Shown in pieces: positions 1 through 9,046 of a stretch of DNA of 61,517 nt. Every line of letters starts with the position of its first letter. Within the stretch, counting starts at the first letter, position 1. The notes under the pieces are model-generated. The model worked only from the letters and a program-made list of their open reading frames with translations, did no database searches and was not told the DNA's origin. The DNA comes from Candidatus Omnitrophota bacterium. Its GTDB lineage: Bacteria; Omnitrophota; Gorgyraeia; Zapsychrales; JANLHA01. Position numbers and translations under genes: made by a program. The stretch covers positions 1 through 61,517 of the forward strand of contig JBFMEN010000047.1 in assembly GCA_040753435.1 (NCBI GenBank). The letters are read 5' to 3'.

Positions 1-32
1 GCAAATAATCTTTTAAATTATTTCTATAAAGA

Positions 33-305
33 TTATTTTATTTTTTCTTTCATTTCAAGACCTGGCTTGAAAACAACAACTTTCCGTGGGGGCACAGGAA
101 CGCTATCGCCAGTCCGGGGATTCCTTCCAAAGCGAGCTCGGCGCTCTTTAATTTTAAAAACACCGAAATTCCGCAGCTCCACTTTTTCGTTTCGCATCAA
201 ACTCTCAACGATCACGTCAAAGGTTGCCTGGACGATAGTCTTGACATCAACTTGCTTGATACCGGTCATGTCGGTAATCTTAAGCACGATATCCTTTTTT
301 GTCAT
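33..305 (-). CDS. hup: HU/IHF-family nucleoid DNA-binding protein
   Basis: VELRNFGVF and GRNPRTG motifs; start moved to ATG 305, preceded by AGGAGG SD. Confidence 0.93.
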   Translation of the reverse strand: MTKKDIVLKITDMTGIKQVDVKTIVQATFDVIVESLMRNEKVELRNFGVFKIKERRARFGRNPRTGDSVPVPPRKVVVFKPGLEMKEKIK

Positions 306-331
306 GGATTTCACCTCCTGTTGTCATAACC

Positions 332-360
332 ATCGTACCAACAAGCATTTACAGTGTCAA
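332..360 (-). promoter_or_regulatory. sigma70-type promoter of hup
   Basis: TTGACA (360-355), 17 nt, then TGg-TACGAT extended -10 (337-332). Confidence 0.6.
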
Positions 361-415
361 GGCCTTTTAAAAAAGCTTTTTCAAGATTAAAAAGCAACCG
401 TTTCCCCTACGGAGT

Positions 416-856
416 TCACTCCATATTAATCCAGACGCACGCGCCATCACCCGAATCCTGGCAAACAAATTCCAAATCTCCGTCAATATCGTAATTAATG
501 GTATAAAATACCGGTCCATTCTGCCGCAAGGCCTTTATATACCATATTTCTCCGGAGCCGGCACTCTGAACAGTAAAATAAAAATCATCACTCTGAATAT
601 CAAGATCCAGGGCCTCGTTAACATCTGCCGTATTTAAACAAACCGGCGTACTGTCTTTTCCACAAAAATCATATGATTTACTATGATCTACAGTAATCTG
701 TATTGCAGCAGCAATCTGCTGTAAATATAATTTGGCAGCGTTCACCGTTTGGATTTCCATGGCCTTTAAAAGATTGGGGAAAGCCAGCGATGCTAAAACT
801 CCAACAATAATGACAGTCACCATAACTTCGATCAAGGTAAAGGCCTTTTTTTTCAT
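416..856 (-). CDS. type IV pilin-like protein (class III signal peptide)
   Basis: MKKKA|FTLIEVMVTVIIVGVLA N-methylation motif; AAAGGAG SD before ATG 856; two Cys pairs including a C-terminal loop. Confidence 0.85.
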   Translation of the reverse strand: MKKKAFTLIEVMVTVIIVGVLASLAFPNLLKAMEIQTVNAAKLYLQQIAAAIQITVDHSKSYDFCGKDSTPVCLNTADVNEALDLDIQSDDFYFTVQSAGSGEIWYIKALRQNGPVFYTINYDIDGDLEFVCQDSGDGACVWINME

Positions 857-873
857 TTCATCGCTCCTTTCGA

Positions 874-3800
874 TCACAAAGTGACCGCAAAATTGTCTTC
901 ACCCACCATTTCTTTAATAGTATTAAATAAATGTTCATTGGGATGAACATAGAGATCTTTTCCTATCAGGATCTGGACGCTTTTAAATTTCGTGGTATTT
1001 AATTCCAAATAAACAGGAACTCTGCCCGGGAACCTCCCAAGCTGTTTCTTAAACCGGGCCAGGCCCTCTTGATCCATCCCGGCCAGATTAACTTTAACCG
1101 CCTTTATCGTTTCATAGACATCGCTAATCTTTTTTAAATCATCGCAAATAATATTTACAACTTCATCACGCAAGGCAGCCTTTCCAAGAATGATCACAAT
1201 CTGGCCCGGCTGCAAGCGTTCAGCCACCTTTTGATAAACAGATGGAAAAATAACTCCTTCAATACTTCCGAATACATCTTCCAATGTCACGATAGCCATG
1301 CGTTCCCCTGTTTTTCGGGTAGCGGTCAGCTTAACATCTGTGATCAATCCAACGAATTTAACAATTTGCCCTTCGGAAAAATGCGAAATCTCCTTCGAAG
1401 TTCCATTAGAAAATTTCTTAATCTCAAAACAATACTGCTCCAAAGGATGCCCGGAAACATAAAATCCGATTACCTCTTTTTCATAGGCAAGCATCTGACT
1501 TTGCGGCCACTCAGGAATATCAGGAACAGACTGGATATCCTCGCCGAAGCCATTATCGCTTTCTTCCATACCAAAGAAAGATAACTGGCCCGAAGATTTC
1601 TCTTTTTGATTACTCCCGCCAATATTCAATGCCTGATCACAAACGGCCATCAGTTGAGATCGCTTCTCCCCGAAGCAATCCAGCGCCCCGCATTTAATTA
1701 AGCTTTCCATAACTTTACGGTTCACTAAACGCAAATCAACCCGGGAACTGAGATCAAAAATGGATTGATAGGCCCCTTCCTCTTCACGGTTATGTATAAT
1801 TGACTCAATCGCAGTTTGGCCTATATTTTTAATTGCCAACAAGCCGAAGCGAATTCTTTTCTCGTCGACAACACTGAATTCAAGCACGCTTTCATTAATG
1901 CTCGCAGGCAGCACGGCAATCTTCAGGTTCTCACACTCCTTAACATACTCAACTATTTTATCCGTGTTATCCCGTTCGCATGTCAGCAATGAACACATAA
2001 ATTCAACCGGGTAATTCGCTTTCAGAAATGCCGTCTGATAAGAAACCATCGCATAAGCGGCGGAATGACTTTTATTAAATCCATACCCCGAAAAATAATC
2101 GATCAAATCGAACAGTTCATTGGCCTCCCGCTCCTCTATGCTGCTGAATTCTTTACATCCCCTGACAAAATCCTCCCGCATCCTAAGCATAACATCGACT
2201 TTTTTCTTGCTCATGGCCCGGCGAAGATTATCGGCCTGGGCCATGCTGAAACCGGCCAAAACGCTTGCCGTCTGCATAACCTGTTCCTGATAAACAATCA
2301 TTCCGTAAGTTTCTTTGAGTACCTTTTCGAGTTTTGGGTGAGGATAGACGACCTTGGCTTCTCCCTTTTTCCTCCGGACATAATCGTCGAGCATGCCGCT
2401 GCCCATTGGACCGGGGCGATAAAGCGCCAGAATGGTAATTAAATCTTCAAATTGGGAAGGCCGGCTTTTCCGCAGCAGTTCACGCATACCCGGGCTTTCC
2501 AGCTGGAAGATTCCTATGCTGTTTGCATTTGATAAAAGGGCGTATGTCTTTGGATCGTTAATGGGTATGTTTTCAATATCAAGCTTGATTCCTTTTGTCT
2601 GCTCCACCCATTTCACCGCTTTTGCAATCACAGTCAGGGTACGCAACCCAAGAAAGTCCATTTTGAGCAGTCCCATCTGGGCAATCCCGTCCATCGTATA
2701 GCCCGTGGTCATCTGGCCGTCCGTAGAACGGTATAAGGGAACATATTCGGTGAGGGGTTTATCGGAAATAACGACTCCGGCAGCATGGATCGAGGCATGC
2801 CTGTTGAGACCTTCAAGGACTTTGGCAGTATCGATAATATCTTTAGCCGTGCGGTCTTCCTCGCACATCTTGACAAGGCCAGGTTCGACTTCAAGGGCCT
2901 TCTCTATCGTCATTCCCAAATCCGGCGGAATAACTTTGGCAAGACGGTCGACATCAGCATAAGGAACTCCCATTACACGCCCGACATCCCTGACGGCAGC
3001 CCGGGCCTTCATTTTTCCAAAGGTAATAATCTGGGCGACATTGGAATCTCCATATTTGCTGGTAACATAACTAATGACTTCAGGACGTCGATCGAAACAG
3101 AAATCAATATCAATATCGGGCATCCCTGCGCGATTGGGGTTTAAAAATCTTTCAAAAAGCAATCCATACCGTAATGGATCCAGATTAGTGATTCCAAGCA
3201 AATAAGAAACAATGCTCCCGGCCGCCGAACCTCTCCCCGGGCCAACCGGGATGTCCTGGCTTTTTGCATAGTTAACGAAATCCCAGACAATAAGAAAATA
3301 AGGGACAAAGCCCGTTTCCTTGATAATTTCAAACTCATGCTTCAGACGAGACATGACTTCGGCTGGTTGACCACTGTAACGGGTCTGCATTCCCTTTAAG
3401 CACAGTTCCCACAAATAATCTTCCTGGGTCTTCCCTTGGGGAGGATCAAACCTGGGCAGATGATACTGATTAAAATTAAACTCCAAGTTGCATCGTTCCG
3501 CAATATCCACTGTGTTAGTCAATGCCTGGGGAATCCATGAGAACAGCCGGTGCATTTCTTCATACGACTTGAAATAAAATTGGTCTGATGCCATGCGCAT
3601 GCGTTTTTCGTCACTTAAAAATGCCTGGGTTTGAATGCATAGTAAGGCATCATGCGCCCTCCACTGATCCCTTTCAAGATAATGGACATCATTGCTTGCT
3701 GCGACCTGGATATTTAAATCCTTGGCAATCCTGACCAACCCCTCATTCACTTTTTTTTGCTCTGGAATCCCATGATCCATTAACTCGAGATAAAAATTCC

Positions 3801-4305
3801 CGGATCCAAGAATTTGTCGATAATCATCCGCTTCTTTCAACGCCGCATTATAATTTTCTGTAGACAACAAATAGGAAATCTCTCCCTTTAAACATGCGGA
3901 CAGACCGATCAGCCCTTTGGAATACTTGGCCAAAACTTCTTTATCGATCCTTGGCTTGTAATAAAATCCTTCCAGATATCCACATGAAGAAAGCTTAACC
4001 AGGTTTTTATAACCCTCATAATCCTTGCATAACAAAACAAGATGCGCGCTGCCTCCCTGTTTTCCGCTCTTGTCGAAGCGAGTTCCCCTGGCAACATAAG
4101 TTTCCATACCAATAATCGGTTTAACCCCGGCTTTCTTTATGATGGAATAAAAGTCAACAGTGCCAAAAATATTGCCATGATCAGTCATGGCAACAGCCGG
4201 CATATTTAAGGTCTTGGCTTTATCCGCCAGTTCCTTAACGCGACAGGCGCCATCAAGAAGACTATATTCGGTGTGGACGTGAAGGTGAACAAATTGATTG
4301 GACAT
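874..4305 (-). CDS. dnaE: DNA polymerase III alpha subunit
   Basis: PHP motif HLHVHTEYSLLDG, GRGSAAGS, PDIDIDF, YGFNKSHS, OB fold; true start ATG 4305 (ORF track runs through the intergenic hairpin). Confidence 0.97.
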   Translation of the reverse strand: MSNQFVHLHVHTEYSLLDGACRVKELADKAKTLNMPAVAMTDHGNIFGTVDFYSIIKKAGVKPIIGMETYVARGTRFDKSGKQGGSAHLVLLCKDYEGYKNLVKLSSCGYLEGFYYKPRIDKEVLAKYSKGLIGLSACLKGEISYLLSTENYNAALKEADDYRQILGSGNFYLELMDHGIPEQKKVNEGLVRIAKDLNIQVAASNDVHYLERDQWRAHDALLCIQTQAFLSDEKRMRMASDQFYFKSYEEMHRLFSWIPQALTNTVDIAERCNLEFNFNQYHLPRFDPPQGKTQEDYLWELCLKGMQTRYSGQPAEVMSRLKHEFEIIKETGFVPYFLIVWDFVNYAKSQDIPVGPGRGSAAGSIVSYLLGITNLDPLRYGLLFERFLNPNRAGMPDIDIDFCFDRRPEVISYVTSKYGDSNVAQIITFGKMKARAAVRDVGRVMGVPYADVDRLAKVIPPDLGMTIEKALEVEPGLVKMCEEDRTAKDIIDTAKVLEGLNRHASIHAAGVVISDKPLTEYVPLYRSTDGQMTTGYTMDGIAQMGLLKMDFLGLRTLTVIAKAVKWVEQTKGIKLDIENIPINDPKTYALLSNANSIGIFQLESPGMRELLRKSRPSQFEDLITILALYRPGPMGSGMLDDYVRRKKGEAKVVYPHPKLEKVLKETYGMIVYQEQVMQTASVLAGFSMAQADNLRRAMSKKKVDVMLRMREDFVRGCKEFSSIEEREANELFDLIDYFSGYGFNKSHSAAYAMVSYQTAFLKANYPVEFMCSLLTCERDNTDKIVEYVKECENLKIAVLPASINESVLEFSVVDEKRIRFGLLAIKNIGQTAIESIIHNREEEGAYQSIFDLSSRVDLRLVNRKVMESLIKCGALDCFGEKRSQLMAVCDQALNIGGSNQKEKSSGQLSFFGMEESDNGFGEDIQSVPDIPEWPQSQMLAYEKEVIGFYVSGHPLEQYCFEIKKFSNGTSKEISHFSEGQIVKFVGLITDVKLTATRKTGERMAIVTLEDVFGSIEGVIFPSVYQKVAERLQPGQIVIILGKAALRDEVVNIICDDLKKISDVYETIKAVKVNLAGMDQEGLARFKKQLGRFPGRVPVYLELNTTKFKSVQILIGKDLYVHPNEHLFNTIKEMVGEDNFAVTL

Positions 4306-4317
4306 ATTTGCTTTTAC

Positions 4318-4401
4318 AGCGAAAAACGAAAAGCGAAGATTGAGAAGCGAAGGAACAAAGCATGCGTTTCGCCTTTCGCTTACCGCCCTTCGCCTTTCGT
4401 T
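4318..4401. repeat. inverted array of degenerate 7-mers (5 x AGCGAAR, spacer, 5 x YTTCGC-type) forming a long hairpin
   Basis: agcgaaa/aacgaaa/agcgaag/attgaga/agcgaag (4318-4352) mirrored by gtttcgc/ctttcgc/ttaccgc/ccttcgc/ctttcgt (4366-4400); common symmetry centre 4359.5. Confidence 0.8.
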
Positions 4402-4411
4402 ATGAGATATT

Positions 4412-6226
4412 TTATTCCCATTCAATGGTCGCCGGTGGCTTCGAGCTGATATCATAAACAACTCGATTGACTCCGACGACTTCATTAATAATACGATTAG
4501 AAATTCTGGCAAGCAGATCATGTTCCAAAGGAACCCAGTCCGCCGTCATTCCATCCGTGCTTGTAACGCAACGGATGGCAATGACATTATCATAAGTGCG
4601 TTGATCCCCCATGACACCAACTGTTTTAACCGGAAGTAAAACAGCAAACGACTGCCAGACCTCCCCATAAAGACCGGCTTTCTTGATTTCCTCAAGGACA
4701 CGCTCATCTGCTTCCCGCAAAATCGTCAGCCTTTCTTCCGTAACCTCCCCAAGAATTCGCACAGCCAGTCCCGGGCCAGGAAACGGTTGTCGTTTAACAA
4801 CCGTATCCGGAAGGCCAAGATGACGTCCGATTTGGCGGACCTCATCTTTAAAAAGTTCACGTAACGGTTCAAGCAACTGCAAATGCATGTTTTTGGGAAG
4901 CCCGCCGACATTGTGATGGCTTTTGATGGTTGCAGAAGGCCCTCCGAAAGGAGAAACCGACTCGATCACATCGGGATATAAAGTTCCCTGGGCCAGAAAA
5001 GCGGCATCTTTGATCTTTTTGGCTGCGTCCTGAAAAACTTTCACAAATTCATCGCCGATGATCTTTCGCTTTTCTTCGGGATCAACGACTCCTTCCAATC
5101 TTTTAAGAAATTGTTTGGAGGCATCAATAACGGTCAAATTCATTTTTAAATTGCCTCTAAAAGTACGTTCAACAGTTTTGACCTCATTATTGCGAAGTAA
5201 TCCGTTATCGACAAATATGCAATTCAGCTGCCGGCCAATCGCACTGTTAATAAGCGTAGCAGCGACGGAAGAATCGACCCCTCCGCTTAATCCCAAAACG
5301 ACCTTCTTTTTCCCGACAGTTTCCTTAATCTGTTTTAACGAAGTTGTGACAAATTTTTCCATGGTCCACCTGGGAAAACAACCACAAATCTGATAAACAA
5401 AATTAGTGAGGATGTGTTCGCCTTTTTGAGTATGGACCACTTCAGGATGGAATTGTACGCCAAAAATCTTCTTCACAGGGTGACTGATGGCGGCAATCGG
5501 AGCGTTGAGAGTATGGGCCAGAACATTAAAACCCTTCGGAAGAACAATGGTTTCATCGCCATGACTCATCCAGCATGTCAGATTTGTTGGCAGATTAACA
5601 AACAGATCCCGGTTACGGTCAATAAATAACTCTGCCCGGCCATATTCCCTTTGTTTACTGCGATTTATTTTACCCCCATGCATATGCACAATCGACTGCA
5701 TGCCGTAACAAATTCCAAGGATCGGAATTCCCATTTCAAATATTTTTTCATTCGGTAAAGGGGCGCCTTCATCATAAACGCTCATTGGCCCACCGGACAA
5801 AATAAGCCCCTTCGGATTTTGTTTCAAGATCTCTTCAGGGTTAATATTAAATGGAACGATGCGGCAAAAAACTTTATTCTCCCTGATCCTTCGGGCAATC
5901 AATTGTGTATATTGTGACCCGAAATCAAGAATCAAAATTAAATCTTTATGTCGTTGTTTGGTCACTTTAATCGAAAACTTTAAACGACCTTTAGGCGCTC
6001 GAAGTTTTGGCGTTTTATTTCTTACGCCCATCCCGGATTTTTTTGAAAAAAATACTTTACCTTTCGAGGCAGTGACTTTCCCGGACTCATTTTTAGTCAT
6101 CGGCATCTTTTGTGATGTTTTCTTCACAGGTGTCTTTGTCAGAGTTGCTTTCCGTGAGGTTCTTTTAACCGCATTTACAGTCTTACTGGATACTGTCTTT
6201 TTCGCAACTTTTTTTGATTTTGACAT
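4412..6226 (-). CDS. guaA: GMP synthase (glutamine-hydrolysing) with ~92-aa Lys-rich N-terminal extension
   Basis: [46 protein letters not shown]; AGGTG SD 6 nt before ATG 6226. Confidence 0.96.
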   Translation of the reverse strand: MSKSKKVAKKTVSSKTVNAVKRTSRKATLTKTPVKKTSQKMPMTKNESGKVTASKGKVFFSKKSGMGVRNKTPKLRAPKGRLKFSIKVTKQRHKDLILILDFGSQYTQLIARRIRENKVFCRIVPFNINPEEILKQNPKGLILSGGPMSVYDEGAPLPNEKIFEMGIPILGICYGMQSIVHMHGGKINRSKQREYGRAELFIDRNRDLFVNLPTNLTCWMSHGDETIVLPKGFNVLAHTLNAPIAAISHPVKKIFGVQFHPEVVHTQKGEHILTNFVYQICGCFPRWTMEKFVTTSLKQIKETVGKKKVVLGLSGGVDSSVAATLINSAIGRQLNCIFVDNGLLRNNEVKTVERTFRGNLKMNLTVIDASKQFLKRLEGVVDPEEKRKIIGDEFVKVFQDAAKKIKDAAFLAQGTLYPDVIESVSPFGGPSATIKSHHNVGGLPKNMHLQLLEPLRELFKDEVRQIGRHLGLPDTVVKRQPFPGPGLAVRILGEVTEERLTILREADERVLEEIKKAGLYGEVWQSFAVLLPVKTVGVMGDQRTYDNVIAIRCVTSTDGMTADWVPLEHDLLARISNRIINEVVGVNRVVYDISSKPPATIEWE

Positions 6227-6279
6227 TTTTTTCACCTAATTTTTTAATTAAGGATTTTGCCCTTCTGCTCCCCAAAAAA

Positions 6280-7440
6280 CTATTTCCCCATCCCAACCCG
6301 TTGCCCTACCTGAAAAACCTTTCCCTCGGTTTGAATTGATGGGGCGATAATAATCTCGACATCATGTATGGCTTTAATTGTTTCTGCTCCAAGAGCCCCC
6401 ATAGACGCCTTAAGAGCGCCGACCAGATTTTGTGAACCATCATCAACCGTGGCGGGCCCTAACAAGATTTGTTCCAGAGTTCCGGTTGTTCCCACTCTAA
6501 TACGGGTACCTCTCGGAAGATTCGCATGAGGCATAGCCATCCCCCAATGGTATCCCCGGCCCGGAGCCTCTTCAGCTCTGGCAAAGGCGGAACCGACCAT
6601 ACAGGCATCAGCGCCGGCGGCAAAAGCTTTACATATTTCTCCACCAATCCTCATACCGCCATCTGTAATTATTGGAATATACTTCCCCGTTTTTTTATAA
6701 AAATGATCCCTTGCTGCTGAGGCATCAACTGTTGACGTGATCTGCGGAACTCCGATCCCAAGAACCCCGCGAGTTGTACAAGCTGCTCCGGGCCCGACCC
6801 CAATCAAAACAGCGCTTGCCCCCAGTTCCATTAATTCCAAGGTCATTTTGTAGGTTACGACATTACCAATGGCGATCGGCATTTTCGATTCCGAACATAA
6901 TTTTTCAAAATCACAAACTTTATATTCAGTTGAAACGTGTTTTGCTGAAGAAACCTGGGATTGAACAACCATACAGTCCGCTCCGGCCTTCTGTGCGATC
7001 TGACTGAATTGTTCAGCATGCTGGGGCACACAACCGACTACGGTAGGCACACCTGCTTTTTTAATCTCTTCAATTCGTTTCGCAATTAAACTTTCCTTTA
7101 TTTTTGGCAAATAGAGCTTCTGGAGTAATTCCGTGGCTTTTTCCGGTGAGGCATCTACAATTTCACTCAATACTTCATTCGGATCTTCATAACGGGTTTG
7201 TACTCCATCCAGATTTAAAACCGCAATACCCCCTAATTTACCCATAGCAATCGCAAAATTCACATCGACAACACCATCCATAGCCGCAGCCATGATCGGG
7301 ATTTCAAGCCTTGTTCCAGCAAATTCGCAGCTAATATCAACTTCGTTGGGATTAATCGTCATCATTCCAGGAACAAGGGCGACTTCATCAAAACCGTAAC
7401 AACGCCTAGCGCGACGGCCAATCCCTATCCACTCTGCCAT
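6280..7440 (-). CDS. guaB: IMP dehydrogenase, GuaB3-type (no CBS pair)
   Basis: GVGPGAACTTR catalytic loop, ITDGG, MVGS, N-terminal YGFDEVALVPG typical of the GuaB3 family; adjacent to guaA. Confidence 0.85.
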   Translation of the reverse strand: MAEWIGIGRRARRCYGFDEVALVPGMMTINPNEVDISCEFAGTRLEIPIMAAAMDGVVDVNFAIAMGKLGGIAVLNLDGVQTRYEDPNEVLSEIVDASPEKATELLQKLYLPKIKESLIAKRIEEIKKAGVPTVVGCVPQHAEQFSQIAQKAGADCMVVQSQVSSAKHVSTEYKVCDFEKLCSESKMPIAIGNVVTYKMTLELMELGASAVLIGVGPGAACTTRGVLGIGVPQITSTVDASAARDHFYKKTGKYIPIITDGGMRIGGEICKAFAAGADACMVGSAFARAEEAPGRGYHWGMAMPHANLPRGTRIRVGTTGTLEQILLGPATVDDGSQNLVGALKASMGALGAETIKAIHDVEIIIAPSIQTEGKVFQVGQRVGMGK

Positions 7441-7537
7441 AAAGACTCCTTTTTAAAATTTTCCCTAAGTATATGGAAAATAATAAGTTTTTTCCTTATT
7501 TGCTTTAAAAATTCTAATGGATTTAAAAATATATTTT

Positions 7538-7566
7538 AATATATATAAAGGAAAGCCCCATGTCAA
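7538..7566 (-). promoter_or_regulatory. sigma70-type promoter of guaB-guaA
   Basis: TTGACA (7566-7561), 17 nt, TATATT (7543-7538). Confidence 0.6.
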
Positions 7567-7704
7567 CTATAAAAAATGGAATCTCTGCAATTAAAGAGAA
7601 TACCCCATATTAAGGCAGTTAATATAAGCAAAACTCATGTTTTTTTATAAAAATTACCTTTTTAAAGTTGCGGGGGGCAGTAACACGGGGGCTGACTAGA
7701 TGGT

Positions 7705-8235
7705 TTAATTGATTCCTGATCCAATTCTGATCCCTTTAAACACGCCGGATCCGGCAATGACTATACCTGGGGTCTCTGCAATACAAAAACTATCGTAACA
7801 AAAACCGTTTGAGCCTGGAGCGTCCTCTTCACAAAACTGAAACACCAAAAAATCGTCTTCACTCCCCTCCTGAAACCTTGCCTCCTTTAAATAACAGTAG
7901 TATGCACGACCATCAGCGATATCGCAGCCGCTCGTTTCTCTAACAATTACAAAGTGATGCCCCGGAGCGTTGAAAGGGTCTTCAATGTCTAAGCCATCCA
8001 TGCCAGTAAGACAGCCGCTGTTTAACGCCAAAGCACATTGAACACTAGAACTATCAACGTTGTTCATTAGCAGACATCTCTGAACGGCACTATGTAATGT
8101 GTTAAAAGCCTGGAGCGCCTCGGCAGCATGAGAAGCTCTGATTACACCCACCAATCTCGGCAACGCTACGGCGGTTAAAACACCGATAATGATAATCACA
8201 ATTATAAGCTCTAGAAGAGTGAAACCTTTTTTCAT
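7705..8235 (-). CDS. type IV pilin paralog 1 (8 Cys)
   Basis: MKKG|FTLLELIIVIIIIG; start uncertain (ATG 8235, 8259 or 8271); paralogous to the next two genes. Confidence 0.85.
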   Translation of the reverse strand: MKKGFTLLELIIVIIIIGVLTAVALPRLVGVIRASHAAEALQAFNTLHSAVQRCLLMNNVDSSSVQCALALNSGCLTGMDGLDIEDPFNAPGHHFVIVRETSGCDIADGRAYYCYLKEARFQEGSEDDFLVFQFCEEDAPGSNGFCYDSFCIAETPGIVIAGSGVFKGIRIGSGIN

Positions 8236-8278
8236 CAAAAGAACTTTTTTGCCAAACATCCTTAAATTCATCAAACGC

Positions 8279-8863
8279 TTATGGCTCCGGTATAGGATTC
8301 GGAGGAAGTGGCGGCGGGTTGTCGATCACTGACGGAGAGGCATCCGTAACTCCCGGACCAATCCTGATCCATTTAAAAGCACCTGCGCCGACGATTGTCA
8401 CCCCTGCTGCTGCCTCAGTGCAAATATCTCCAGTGCAAAAGGTTAATCCCTCCTCAGTATTACTGCAAAACTGATAAATTATATAATCAGAATAATCATC
8501 AAGGCTTTCCTTTAAAGTCGCCCCGATTTGATAACAATAGGATTCGACCCCGCAGTGTGTATCCCATCCTGTTTTCATAAAATGGCTTCGGGGGTCATTG
8601 AAAGGATCATCCACATCCAGCACACCTTCATAAGCAATACACTGTGAAACAGCCAGGGCGTCGCAATCCACAGAAGAATCTCCAATACCACTCATTAGCA
8701 AACAACGGTCTATCGCGTCTTTGATTACAGAAAAAGATTGCATCGCTTCCGGCGCATAGGAAGACTTGACCATATCGACCAGTTTGGGCAGCCCCAGACT
8801 GGCCATTACGCTGATAATGATGATCACAACGATAAGCTCTAGAAGGGTGAAACCGTTTTTCAT
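8279..8863 (-). CDS. type IV pilin paralog 2 (8 Cys, Pro-rich C-tail)
   Basis: MKNG|FTLLELIVVIIIIS; same Cys scaffold; C-terminal NPPPLPPNPIPEP. Confidence 0.85.
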   Translation of the reverse strand: MKNGFTLLELIVVIIIISVMASLGLPKLVDMVKSSYAPEAMQSFSVIKDAIDRCLLMSGIGDSSVDCDALAVSQCIAYEGVLDVDDPFNDPRSHFMKTGWDTHCGVESYCYQIGATLKESLDDYSDYIIYQFCSNTEEGLTFCTGDICTEAAAGVTIVGAGAFKWIRIGPGVTDASPSVIDNPPPLPPNPIPEP

Positions 8864-8870
8864 CATAGGG

Positions 8871-8899
8871 ATGATAGCAAATAAAATTAAAGGAAACAA
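8871..8899 (-). promoter_or_regulatory. putative promoter of pilin 2 (leaderless geometry)
   Basis: TTGTTT (8899-8894), 17 nt, TGc-TATCAT (8876-8871); 7 nt to ATG 8863; no SD. Confidence 0.5.
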
Positions 8900-9046
8900 T
8901 CAGAATCAATAAATATTTAGTGAATTAAAAAAGGGGCAACTTTAAGAATCTTCAATGTTTCCTACTCAGTCAAAATTAAAATTTAACCTGCACGGGGAGG
9001 AGGAGCTGCAGAATGCTTGGTTTGTAATAAATTAAAGATTTAAACA

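Noticed and set aside
874-4305. Intein or frameshift in dnaE, or pseudogenes elsewhere
   Set aside because: DnaE is 1143 aa with contiguous motifs, and no disrupted reading frame was found in the window.
4318-4401. Heptamer arrays as CRISPR or simple VNTR
   Set aside because: There are no 23-47 nt repeats with unique spacers and no cas genes; the units are degenerate and inverted.
4306-4521. 72-aa N-terminal extension of DnaE in the ORF track
   Set aside because: It overlaps the guaA 3' end and reads through the heptamer hairpin; the PHP domain begins at ATG 4305.
7441-7537. Purine or ppGpp/PRPP riboswitch in the guaB leader
   Set aside because: The leader is very AT-rich with only weak alternative TTTTCC/GGAAAA pairings and no recognisable aptamer consensus.
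7662-8945. 10-bp inverted repeat TTAAAGTTGC (7662-7671) / GCAACTTTAA (8936-8945) flanking pilins 1-2 as a possible invertible segment
   Set aside because: It is short and AT-rich, no recombinase is in the window, and all pilins share one orientation.
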